Origin: an uncultured Gemmatimonadaceae bacterium
Lineage (GTDB): Bacteria > Gemmatimonadota > Gemmatimonadetes > Gemmatimonadales > Gemmatimonadaceae
Direction of reading: 5' to 3'
Assembly: GCA_963761305.1 (NCBI GenBank)
Contig: CAVXGK010000001.1
Location: 1,536,001 to 1,600,000 of the forward strand
Length of the DNA: 64,000 bases
Positions 1 through 8,713 of the stretch are shown here, piece after piece. The notes beneath the pieces are model-generated. The model saw nothing but the letters and a program-made list of their open reading frames with translations. It had not been told where the DNA came from and ran no database searches. The number at the start of each line of letters is the position of its first letter. Position 1 is the stretch's first letter. A program made the position numbers and the translations under genes.

Positions 1-92
1 TGCACCTCGGCCCGCTCGTAGTTGTGGGCCAGGATGACGGCGTTGCGGTCGCGGGCGAGACCCTTGATCTCGGCGCTTAGGGCGTCATGCAT
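1..92 (-). CDS. nadA: Quinolinate synthase, 5' end only (runs off the window edge)
   Basis: Manual translation from the ATG at 92 gives MHDALSAEIKGLARDRNAVILAHNYERAEV, which contains the NadA N-terminal VILAHNY motif. It lies downstream of nadB on the same strand and is not in the ORF track. Confidence 0.85.
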   Translation of the reverse strand, partial: MHDALSAEIKGLARDRNAVILAHNYERAEV

Positions 93-141
93 CCGAGAAA
101 GATATGAGCTTCAGCGGAGCGTGGACTGATGGGGATCGCGT

Positions 142-969
142 CTATCGCTCGCGCGTCCAGAGCAGCAGCACACCACACGGGTTGTTCATCTGGCTGATCC
201 ACGCCGGATAAGTCGCGGGACCGGCATAAAACTCGACTCCGGCGTACGCGTCGACCTGGAGCCTGTCGAAATCGGGAGGCGGCATCTTCCCGCCCGTTTG
301 ATAGAGAAGCACTCCGTTCTCGTAGACCGAGGCATTGCAGTTCAAGCCGGGCTTGGCGGACCGCAAGACGGGGCCGCTCGACGACGTCCTGGTCGAAACG
401 AATCGACCGTCCCTGAGCGTGCCTCCCGGCAAGCGTCGGAGAGCAATCGACAGAGGATCGGCGTCCATCTTTCGAAGCGTGGAATCGTCGATGAAATAGC
501 CGCCGCGTCCCGCATGCATGCGTTCTTCGAACCCGTTCAATGCGGGCGAGATGTAGCGGCGCGCCGAGTCCTTGGTGATCACCGCCGGCAGCTCCTGCGC
601 GTTTCGCTTCATCACGACGGTGATCGGGATCGTGTCGATCGGCGAGATCGTGACGTTCATCGTGAGCGGGGTGAATCCGAGCTTGCGGAGGCGCAGCAGC
701 GACACGCCGTCGGGCAGGAAGAAAAGCGGCAGCGTGCCCGCCCTCGTGGTCAGCGCCGTGGTACCCGACGCGACGTCCATCACCTCCACTCCGTCGATCG
801 GATCGCCGCTCTGCTCGTCGAACGTCCCGAGCAGTCGGAGCTTGTAGCGCGCGATCGGCGCCGACGGCTGTTTCGAGGTCGCAGAATCCTGCGCGCTCGC
901 GGCGGTTGCCGCCAGCAAGGCCACCGCGGCGCTCCATCGCCACAAACGTGCGGCAACGACGTTCCTCAT
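142..969 (-). CDS. Secreted protein with a carboxypeptidase-regulatory-like domain and a TonB-plug-like C-terminus, no barrel
   Basis: Signal peptide ending ASA-Q. LRLRKLGF beta-sandwich pattern. C-terminal VYENG...GVEFYAGPATYP...CGVLLLWTR resembles the end of a plug domain. Confidence 0.6.
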   Translation of the reverse strand: MRNVVAARLWRWSAAVALLAATAASAQDSATSKQPSAPIARYKLRLLGTFDEQSGDPIDGVEVMDVASGTTALTTRAGTLPLFFLPDGVSLLRLRKLGFTPLTMNVTISPIDTIPITVVMKRNAQELPAVITKDSARRYISPALNGFEERMHAGRGGYFIDDSTLRKMDADPLSIALRRLPGGTLRDGRFVSTRTSSSGPVLRSAKPGLNCNASVYENGVLLYQTGGKMPPPDFDRLQVDAYAGVEFYAGPATYPAWISQMNNPCGVLLLWTRER

Positions 970-978
970 GCGAGAACG

Positions 979-2487
979 CTACAACTCGATGTGCCGCCCC
1001 CGCCAGCTCGTCTTCGCGCGCGGGTAGTCCACGCGGTAGTGCCCGCCGCGAGACTCGCGCCGCCGCACAGCCGCTTCAGCCACGAGATGCGCCGTCTGCA
1101 GCATGTTCGCCTCCTCGGTCGCGCCGACTGGAAGTCGCGCGCCGATCTCGTCGAGCCGCTCTATCGCTTCGCGCAGCCCGCGCGCCGTGCGCACGATGCC
1201 GGCGAAGTACCACATCACCATCCGAATCGAATCCGCGCCCACCTGCGCCGCGCCGCGATCGGTGAGACGCGGCACGTTCCACGTCTTCTTGGGCGGCAGC
1301 GCGGTGAGGCGCGGGTTCTCCGACAGATCCCGCGCCACGCGCTCGGCGAACACGAGACCCTCGAGCAGCGAGTTCGACGCGAGACGATTCGCGCCGTGCA
1401 CACCCGTGCGCGCCACCTCGCCGACCGCGTACAACCGCTTGGCACTCGACTGCCCGCGTAGATCGGTGACGATGCCGCCCATCATATAGTGTGCGGCCGG
1501 CGTCACCGGGATGAGATCCTTTCGCGGATCGATGCCGCGCGCCGAGCACAGCGCGAAGATCCCCGGAAATCGCTTGGCAAACCGCGGACCCAAACGCCGA
1601 GCGTCGAGCGACACGGGGCCGAGCCGCTGCTCGCGGAAGATCGCGCGCGCCACGACGTCGCGCGGCGCCAGCTCGGCGAGCGGATGCACGCGCCGCATGA
1701 ATCGCACGCCGCGCGCGTTGACGAGAATCGCTCCCTCGCCGCGCACCGCCTCCGACACGAGCGCGAGCGGATTCTCCGGGGTCGCCAGCGCCGTCGGATG
1801 AAACTGAACGAACTCCATGTCGGCGAGCGTCACGCCGGCGCGGTGCGCGATCGCGTAGCCGTCGCCCGTCGCCACAACGGGATTTGTAGTATACCTATAA
1901 ATCTGGCCGCAGCCGCCCGTCGCCAGTACCGTCGCGTCGGCGATGATGTCCGTCGCGCGACCCTTCACGCTGGCGCGCACGCCGACGCACGCGCCGCGCC
2001 ACATGATCAGCTCGAGCACGCGCGTCTTCTCGAGCACGCGGATCTGTTTCGCGGCGCGCACGCGCGCGATGAGTGTGCGCGCGACCTCGGCACCGGTCTG
2101 GTCGCCGTGCGCGTGCACGATGCGGTTCTTCGAGTGCGCCGCCTCGCGGCCGAGCGACAGCCGCCCGTGCGGATCGAGATCGAAATGCGCGCCGGCCGTC
2201 TGCAGCTCGCGCACGCGGGCCGGCCCTTCCTCGACGAGCACTTCGACCGCCGCCGCGTCGCACAACGCGGCGCCGGCGGCGAGCGTGTCCTGCCGATGCA
2301 GCGCCGGCGAGTCGCCCGCGCCGAGCGCCGCGGCGATGCCGCCTTGCGCGTACGCGGTGGCGCTGTCGAAGAGCGACTGTTTCGTCGCCAGAATGACGTC
2401 GCCGCGCTCCGACGCGCGCCACGCCGTGTGCAGCCCCGCCACGCCGCTGCCGATGACGAGAAAGCGGGTGCGAATGCGATCGGTCAT
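979..2487 (-). CDS. nadB: L-aspartate oxidase
   Basis: GSGVAG FAD motif, AQGGIAA, EAAHS, MEFVQFHPT, SEAVRGEG, ELAPRDVVAR, HYMMGG, GVHGANRLASNSLLE and RRESRGGH. Adjacent to nadA. Confidence 0.95.
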   Translation of the reverse strand: MTDRIRTRFLVIGSGVAGLHTAWRASERGDVILATKQSLFDSATAYAQGGIAAALGAGDSPALHRQDTLAAGAALCDAAAVEVLVEEGPARVRELQTAGAHFDLDPHGRLSLGREAAHSKNRIVHAHGDQTGAEVARTLIARVRAAKQIRVLEKTRVLELIMWRGACVGVRASVKGRATDIIADATVLATGGCGQIYRYTTNPVVATGDGYAIAHRAGVTLADMEFVQFHPTALATPENPLALVSEAVRGEGAILVNARGVRFMRRVHPLAELAPRDVVARAIFREQRLGPVSLDARRLGPRFAKRFPGIFALCSARGIDPRKDLIPVTPAAHYMMGGIVTDLRGQSSAKRLYAVGEVARTGVHGANRLASNSLLEGLVFAERVARDLSENPRLTALPPKKTWNVPRLTDRGAAQVGADSIRMVMWYFAGIVRTARGLREAIERLDEIGARLPVGATEEANMLQTAHLVAEAAVRRRESRGGHYRVDYPRAKTSWRGRHIEL

Positions 2488-2550
2488 GAGGCGTGAAAGC
2501 TATCAGCCATCGGCCTTGCCGCGCCCGCGTACCATGGGACAGGTTTGCGC

Positions 2551-3588
2551 ATGCGAAAGTTGATGATCCTCGTGGGCGCGCTCCTCGCTGCCCACGTGGT
2601 GCTTCTATTCGTTCGTCCCGCAGCCGTCGGACACGCCGCCTCCGCCGATGCCGTCAAAGTCGGCATCGTGCTCGACGTCGGCGGTTTGGGCGACAAGTCG
2701 TTCAACGACGGCGCCTATCACGGCGCCCAACTCGCCGAGCAGAAGCTCGGCGCAACGATCCGGCTCATCGAGCCCGGCGAAGCCACGGATCGCGAGGCCG
2801 GGCTCCGCGTTCTCGCCGCCGAGCACATGGATCTCGTGATCGGCGTCGGCTTCATCTTCACCGACGACATCACGCAGCTCGCCGAGGAATATCCGAACAC
2901 GAACTTCGCCGACGTCGACTACGCGCTGTCGACGGACAAGGAAGGGCGCCTGATTCCGCCGCCCCCCAACGTCGCGGCGCTCAAGTTCAAGGAAGAAGAG
3001 GGCTCGTTCCTCGTCGGCGCGATCGCGGCGATGGTCGGAAACTCGAAGAAGGTCGGCTTCGTCGGTGGCATGGACGTGCCGCTCATCCAGAAATTCGAGG
3101 CGGGCTACAAGGCCGGCGTGAAGAGCGTCTGCGCGGACTGCGAGGTCATCGTGCAGTACGCGGGCGTCACGCCCGAGGCCTTTCGCAACCCCGGCAAGGG
3201 AAAAGAGCTCGCGCTCAACCAATACCAACAAGGCGTGAACGTCATCTATCACGCATCCGGATCCACGGGACTCGGCGTGTTCGAGGCCGCGCGACAGACG
3301 GGAAAGTACGCGATCGGCGTGGACGCGGACCAGTACAGCGAAGCGCCAGGGCGAATCGTTACCTCCATGGTCAAAGGCATCGACGTCGCGGTCTTCGACA
3401 TGATCAATCGCGTGAAGCACGGCACGTTCAAGGGCGGCGTCTACACCTACGGGCTCCCGGAGAACGGCGTGGGATACGTCTACGACGAGCACAATCGCGC
3501 GCTCATCCCCGACAGCGTGCGCGCGCGGGTCGAACGACTCAAAGCCGAGATCATCGCCGGGCGCATCGTCGTGCCGAGCACGAGGTGA
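2551..3588 (+). CDS. BMP-family ABC substrate-binding protein (nucleoside-type)
   Basis: GGLGDKSFN, FKEEEGSFLVG, GFVGGM and AIGVDADQ motifs. ATG at 2551 chosen as the start. Confidence 0.9.
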   Translation: MRKLMILVGALLAAHVVLLFVRPAAVGHAASADAVKVGIVLDVGGLGDKSFNDGAYHGAQLAEQKLGATIRLIEPGEATDREAGLRVLAAEHMDLVIGVGFIFTDDITQLAEEYPNTNFADVDYALSTDKEGRLIPPPPNVAALKFKEEEGSFLVGAIAAMVGNSKKVGFVGGMDVPLIQKFEAGYKAGVKSVCADCEVIVQYAGVTPEAFRNPGKGKELALNQYQQGVNVIYHASGSTGLGVFEAARQTGKYAIGVDADQYSEAPGRIVTSMVKGIDVAVFDMINRVKHGTFKGGVYTYGLPENGVGYVYDEHNRALIPDSVRARVERLKAEIIAGRIVVPSTR

Positions 3589-3590
3589 GC

Positions 3591-5165
3591 ATGGCGGAGC
3601 CGACGCGGTCTCCCGCCGTCAAACTCACCGACATCCATAAATCGTTCGGCCCCGTGCTCGCGAATCGCGGCGCGTCGCTCGAGGTCGCGCGCGGCGAGAT
3701 CCACGCGCTTGTCGGCGAGAATGGAGCCGGCAAGTCGACGCTCATGCGCGTGCTCAGCGGGATGTACTCGTTCGATGCCGGCCGGATGGAAGTAAACGGT
3801 CGCGACGTCACCGGCTGGTCCACCGCCGACGCCATCGCCGCCGGACTCGGCATGGTGCACCAACACTTCATGCTCGTGCCCACGCTCACCGTCGCCGAGA
3901 ACATGATGCTCGGCCGTGAACGCACGAGGGGCGGGCGGCTCGATCTTGCGCGCGCCGAGCGGGAAGTCGCCGAGTTGAGCGCCACGACCGGACTGGCCGT
4001 ACGGCCGAAGGCGATCGTCGCCGATCTGTCGGTCGGCGAAGCGCAGCGTGTGGAGATTCTCAAGACGTTGTACCGCGGCGCGACGACGCTCGTGCTCGAC
4101 GAACCGACGGCCGTGCTCTCGCCGCCGGAGATCGACGAGCTGTGGACCGTCTTGCGCGGGATGCGCTCGCGCGGCGGAACGATCGTTCTCATCACGCACA
4201 AGCTCGACGAAGTGATGGCGATCTCCGATTCGATCACCGTCATGCGGCTCGGCCGCACCGTCGACCGCCTGCGCACGGCGAACACGAGTCCAGCCGAGAT
4301 CGCGAAGGCGATGGTCGGCCGCGACGTCCGCCTGGCCATGGAGTTCGTCGTCGACGAGCAGGGCGGCGCGCCGGACGGCGTGATGGGAAAGAAATCGCCG
4401 CTGCCGGCCACGCCGCTCCTCGAGATCCACGACCTCACCGTCGACGACGCACGGCGTCTCACCGCGGTGCACGGCGTCACGTTTTCCGTCGAGCCGGGCG
4501 AGATCCTCGGCATCGCGGGCGTCGAAGGCAACGGACAAACCGAGTTGATCGAAGCGATCGCCGGCTTGCGACCGGCGCGCGGCGGGACCGTGAACGTCGC
4601 CGGCCGCGACGTGACGCACGCGTCGGTGAAGACGCGCGGCGACGCTGGGCTGTCGCACATTCCGGAGGACCGTCACGCGCGCGGACTCGTGCTCGACTAC
4701 AGCGTGGCCGAGAATCTCATTCTCGGCCAGCAGCACCACTTCACGCGTGGCATGCGCCTGGATCAGGACGAGATTCGCGCCAACGCGGCGAAGCAGATCG
4801 AAGCGTTCGACATCCGCCCCGCCGATCCCGCCCGCGCCGTGCGCGCGCTGTCGGGTGGCAACCAGCAGAAGGTCGTCATCGCGCGCGAAATGCAGCGCAC
4901 GTTTCAGGTGCTGCTCGCCGCGCAACCGACGCGCGGCGTGGACGTCGGCGCGATCGAGCTGATTCACGGACGCTTGCGCGAAGCGCGCGACTCGGGCAAA
5001 GCGATTCTCCTCGTCTCGGCTGACCTGGCGGAGATTCTCGCGCTCTCCGATCGCATCGCGGTGATGTACGGCGGCCGGTTCGCCGCGGTGATGCCGCGTG
5101 CCGAAGCGAACGTGGACGTGCTCGGCCGGCACATGACGGGCGCCGCCGGCGCCAGCGCCGCGTGA
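3591..5165 (+). CDS. ABC ATP-binding protein with two ATPase domains (nucleoside/sugar type)
   Basis: GENGAGKST, LVLDEPT, LSGGNQQK and QPTRGVDVG. The start is taken as the ATG at 3591 (MAEPTR); the 890-aa track ORF is over-extended. Confidence 0.9.
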   Translation: MAEPTRSPAVKLTDIHKSFGPVLANRGASLEVARGEIHALVGENGAGKSTLMRVLSGMYSFDAGRMEVNGRDVTGWSTADAIAAGLGMVHQHFMLVPTLTVAENMMLGRERTRGGRLDLARAEREVAELSATTGLAVRPKAIVADLSVGEAQRVEILKTLYRGATTLVLDEPTAVLSPPEIDELWTVLRGMRSRGGTIVLITHKLDEVMAISDSITVMRLGRTVDRLRTANTSPAEIAKAMVGRDVRLAMEFVVDEQGGAPDGVMGKKSPLPATPLLEIHDLTVDDARRLTAVHGVTFSVEPGEILGIAGVEGNGQTELIEAIAGLRPARGGTVNVAGRDVTHASVKTRGDAGLSHIPEDRHARGLVLDYSVAENLILGQQHHFTRGMRLDQDEIRANAAKQIEAFDIRPADPARAVRALSGGNQQKVVIAREMQRTFQVLLAAQPTRGVDVGAIELIHGRLREARDSGKAILLVSADLAEILALSDRIAVMYGGRFAAVMPRAEANVDVLGRHMTGAAGASAA

Positions 5166-6292
5166 CGGCCATGCGAACGACGGGGCGACCAACGCTGCGC
5201 GCGAACATCGAAGAAGCCGTGCTTCCCGCCGTCGTGGCGCTGCTCGTCGCCGCCGTCGTCGGCGATGCGTTGATCCTGATGTTCGGTCAGAACCCGGGCA
5301 CTGTGTATCGCTTGCTGTTCGAGGGCACGTGGGGCAACGCGTACGGCCTCGGCCAGGTGCTGTACAAGACGACGACGCTCACGTTCACCGGACTCGCCGT
5401 CGCGATGGGACTGCGCGCCGGCTTGTTCAACATCGGCGCCGAGAGCCAGCTCGCTGCGGGCGGATTCGCCGCGGCGCTCGTCGGACTCATGCTCCCGGCA
5501 GGGCTCCCGGCGGTCGCGACGCTGCCGGTGTACATCGTGGCGGCGGCGCTCGGCGGCGGCGCCGTCGGTGCTCTTCCCGGCGCACTCAAAGCGAAATTCG
5601 GCGCGCACGAAGTGATCACGACGATCATGCTCAACTTCATCGTCCTCGCGCTGCTGAACTATCTCACGGTCTCGTACTTCAAGGTCGAAGGCACGCTGCA
5701 CACGGCGGAGATTCACGCCGGCGCGCTGCCGCGACTCTCGCAGTTCGTGTCCGCGTTCCACGGCTCGGCGGCCAACGTCGTGCTCTTTCTGGCGATCGCC
5801 GCCGCGCTGGTCGCGTGGTGGTTTCTCTTCCGCACGCGCGCCGGATTCGAGCTGCGCGCGACCGGCCTCCAACCCCGCGCCGCCGAGTACGGCGCGGTGA
5901 GGGTGACGAGCGTCTGGTGGCGGGCGATGTCCATTTCCGGCGCCATCGCCGGGATCGGCGGACTCAATTTCGTGCTGGGTTACAAACACTACTATGAGGA
6001 ATCTTTCGCGTCCGGCGCCGGATTCCTCGGCATTGCCGTGGCTATCGTGGGGCGCAACGATCCCATCGGCGTCATTCTGGCCGCCATCGTGTTCGCGACG
6101 ATCTCGCAGGGCGGCTTGGCGGTGAACGCGGTCGTTCCCAAGGAGATCGTCGACGTGCTGCAGGCCGTCGTCATCATTGCCGTCGCCGCGTCGGTGCCGG
6201 GTGTTCGCGCCGCGTTGCGCAAGGCGCGCGCGTCGGCCGGCCATGCGCCGGCGACGACGGTCGCCGCCGCGCAGGAAGGAGTGACGGCGTGA
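5162..6292 (+). CDS. ABC permease (nucleoside type)
   Basis: GLFNIGAESQ, HEVITTIMLNFI and GFLGIAVA motifs. Multiple TM segments. GTGA overlap with the upstream ATPase. Confidence 0.9.
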   Translation: MTAMRTTGRPTLRANIEEAVLPAVVALLVAAVVGDALILMFGQNPGTVYRLLFEGTWGNAYGLGQVLYKTTTLTFTGLAVAMGLRAGLFNIGAESQLAAGGFAAALVGLMLPAGLPAVATLPVYIVAAALGGGAVGALPGALKAKFGAHEVITTIMLNFIVLALLNYLTVSYFKVEGTLHTAEIHAGALPRLSQFVSAFHGSAANVVLFLAIAAALVAWWFLFRTRAGFELRATGLQPRAAEYGAVRVTSVWWRAMSISGAIAGIGGLNFVLGYKHYYEESFASGAGFLGIAVAIVGRNDPIGVILAAIVFATISQGGLAVNAVVPKEIVDVLQAVVIIAVAASVPGVRAALRKARASAGHAPATTVAAAQEGVTA

Positions 6293-7170
6293 TCCTGCTG
6301 GCCTTCCTCGTCCAGACGCTGCGGATCGCGATTCCGTATCTGTTCGCGGCGAGCGGTGGCGTCGTATCGGAGCGCGCCGGCCTCATCGGACTCGGCCTCG
6401 AGGGCTACATGCTCGGCGGTGCGTTCTGCGCCGCGCTGGCGAGCTACTACAGCGGCAGTCCGTGGATCGGGTTGCTCGGCGCGCTCGCCGGTGGAGGAGC
6501 GCTCGCGCTGCTCTACGCGGTGACCGCCATTCGCTACCGCGCCGATCAGGTCGTCGTCGGGATCGCGGTGAACCTGCTCGTCATCGGCGCGACTCGATTC
6601 TTTCTGCGGCTCGCCTTCCATAGTTCGGCCAACTCGCCGCGTGTGCCCGGCTTCGGCGCCGAGCAGTCGGGCACCGGACTCGCGTCGCTCGTGGCGAACC
6701 CGCTGGTGCCGATCGGCGTGATCACGGTCGCATTCACCGCATGGCTTCTCTATCGAACGCCGTTCGGACTGCGTGTGCGCGCGGTCGGAGAGCATCCGGC
6801 CGCCGCGATTTCGGTCGGCGTGCCGGTGGGGCGCGTGCGATACACGGCGGCTGCACTCTCCGGGATGCTCGCCGCGCTCGGCGGCGCGTATCTGTCGCTC
6901 GACCAGCATCAGTTCAGCGCGGAGATGACGGCGGGTCGCGGGTTCATCGCCCTGGCGGCGACGATCTTTGGCCGTTGGGATCCACTACGCGCCGCGCTTG
7001 CTTGCCTGTTGTTCGCCGCCGCGGAGACGCTTCAGATCCAGTTGCAAGGGTCGCAGGCGATTCCGTCGCAATTCGTCGAGATGATTCCGTACGCGCTCAC
7101 CATCATCGCGCTGGCGGGCGTCGTCGGGCGGGCTGTTCCGCCCGCGGCACTCGGCCGGGTTGCCGAGTAG
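6289..7170 (+). CDS. ABC permease (nucleoside type)
   Basis: SERAG..GLEG, GLRVRAVGEHP, AGRGFIALAA and MIPY motifs. Confidence 0.9.
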   Translation: MILLAFLVQTLRIAIPYLFAASGGVVSERAGLIGLGLEGYMLGGAFCAALASYYSGSPWIGLLGALAGGGALALLYAVTAIRYRADQVVVGIAVNLLVIGATRFFLRLAFHSSANSPRVPGFGAEQSGTGLASLVANPLVPIGVITVAFTAWLLYRTPFGLRVRAVGEHPAAAISVGVPVGRVRYTAAALSGMLAALGGAYLSLDQHQFSAEMTAGRGFIALAATIFGRWDPLRAALACLLFAAAETLQIQLQGSQAIPSQFVEMIPYALTIIALAGVVGRAVPPAALGRVAE

Positions 7171-7368
7171 GCCGTTCCACCGTTTGGATTTGATCAGGGG
7201 CGTTGCCAGTCCGGTTGGCGCGCTCGCTATTTAGGCTGGTCGCGACCACGCCGGGAACGCGTTCTTTGGGTGGGGACAGAAGTTGGTCCCCAGACGAGAT
7301 TTCGAGGCGCGTGACGTCAGGCGTTTCCGCGCGCGACCCTCGCTTCGTAAACGGCTTCTCCTCTCCTC

Positions 7369-8661
7369 GTGCCGAATCGCAACAGCGCCGACATCGCAAA
7401 ACTGATCGTTCTGATGATCACCGCGTTCATCGACATGGTCGGAACGCTGATGATCATTCCTCTGCTGCCGTTTTACGCCAAGAATTTCGGCGCGAACGGG
7501 CTCGTCGTCGGCTTGCTGGTCTCGTCGTTCGCCGTGGCGCAGCTCCTCAGCGCGCCGATGTGGGGACGGTTCTCCGACCGCTACGGGCGGCGGCCGGCGC
7601 TGATCGTCGGCATGTCGGCGTCGGCGATCGCGTACGTGGTCTTCGCGTACTCGAACACGCTGTGGCTGCTGTTCCTCTCGCGCCTCATTCAGGGATCGGG
7701 CGGCGGCACGGTGAGCGTGATTCAAGCATACGTCGCCGACGCGGTCGAACCGGAACAGCGGGCCAAGGCGTTGGGCTGGCTGTCCGCGGCGACCAACGCC
7801 GGCGTGGCGCTCGGTCCCGTGATCGGATCGCGTTTCGTCACGTTCGGGCCTCACGCGCCGGGCCTCGCCGCGGCCGGACTTTGCGTGCTCAACATCCTTT
7901 TCGCGCTCCGCTATCTGGTGGAGTCGCGCGACATGGTCGAAGCCCGTTCGAGTGTCCACAGGAAAGGCAGGTCGCGGGACGCGGTGCTGCGGGTGATCAC
8001 GCGATCGAGCGAAGCGCCTTCGCGTTTGGTTTGGATCTACGCGATCGGCATCGGGGCTTTTCAGGGTTTGAATGCGATTCTTGCGCTGTTCCTGGCGTCG
8101 CGCTTCGGTGTGACGTCCAACACGATCGGATATTTCTACACGTACATCGGCGTGATCTCGGTGTTGACGCGGGCGGTCATTCTCGGGTGGGCGGTCGATC
8201 GTTTCGGCGAGGCCAAGCTGTCGCGCGTGGGACAGTTGCTGCTCGCGACGGGGCTCGCGACGATGCCGTTCATTCATCGCCTGCAGGATCCAGCGTCGGT
8301 GGCGGCGAGGTTGGGGGGCCTGCTTCCGGTCTCAGCCGTAGCGCTGCTGCCGTTCCTGCCGCTCGCGTTGGCGGTTGCGCTCTTGCCCCTCGGCACCGCC
8401 TTCACGTTTCCTTGCGTGACTGCGCTGCTGTCCCGGGTAATTCCGAGCAGCGAACGCGGTTTGTACATGGGCGTCCAGCAGACGTTCGGCGGAACGGCGC
8501 GGGTGGTGTTTCCGATCCTCGCGGGCCTGGCGTTCGACCGGAATCAGGCGCTGCCGTTTCTGGGTGCGGCCACCCTCGTGGCCGGCACGATTTTCTTGGG
8601 GCTGGGTATGGAGGAATTCACCCGCCCAAAGCACGAACCTGAGCCTGCGGCGGCGGCTTAG
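7369..8661 (+). CDS. MFS transporter, TetA/DHA1-like
   Basis: Motif A (GRFSDRYGRRP), IIPLLPFY and AYVAD. About 12 TM segments. Confidence 0.85.
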   Translation: MPNRNSADIAKLIVLMITAFIDMVGTLMIIPLLPFYAKNFGANGLVVGLLVSSFAVAQLLSAPMWGRFSDRYGRRPALIVGMSASAIAYVVFAYSNTLWLLFLSRLIQGSGGGTVSVIQAYVADAVEPEQRAKALGWLSAATNAGVALGPVIGSRFVTFGPHAPGLAAAGLCVLNILFALRYLVESRDMVEARSSVHRKGRSRDAVLRVITRSSEAPSRLVWIYAIGIGAFQGLNAILALFLASRFGVTSNTIGYFYTYIGVISVLTRAVILGWAVDRFGEAKLSRVGQLLLATGLATMPFIHRLQDPASVAARLGGLLPVSAVALLPFLPLALAVALLPLGTAFTFPCVTALLSRVIPSSERGLYMGVQQTFGGTARVVFPILAGLAFDRNQALPFLGAATLVAGTIFLGLGMEEFTRPKHEPEPAAAA

Positions 8662-8713
8662 TCGTCAGTCCAGGTGGGCGCTTCGTCGCGAAACCATTGG
8701 GAGGGGAAATACA

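Noticed and set aside
2493..3590. Apparent long N-terminal extensions on several track ORFs (ABC ATPases, SusD, GalM, FadR, GH115)
   Set aside because: They are out-of-frame overlaps with upstream genes. Internal starts with stop/start coupling or an RBS explain the real proteins.
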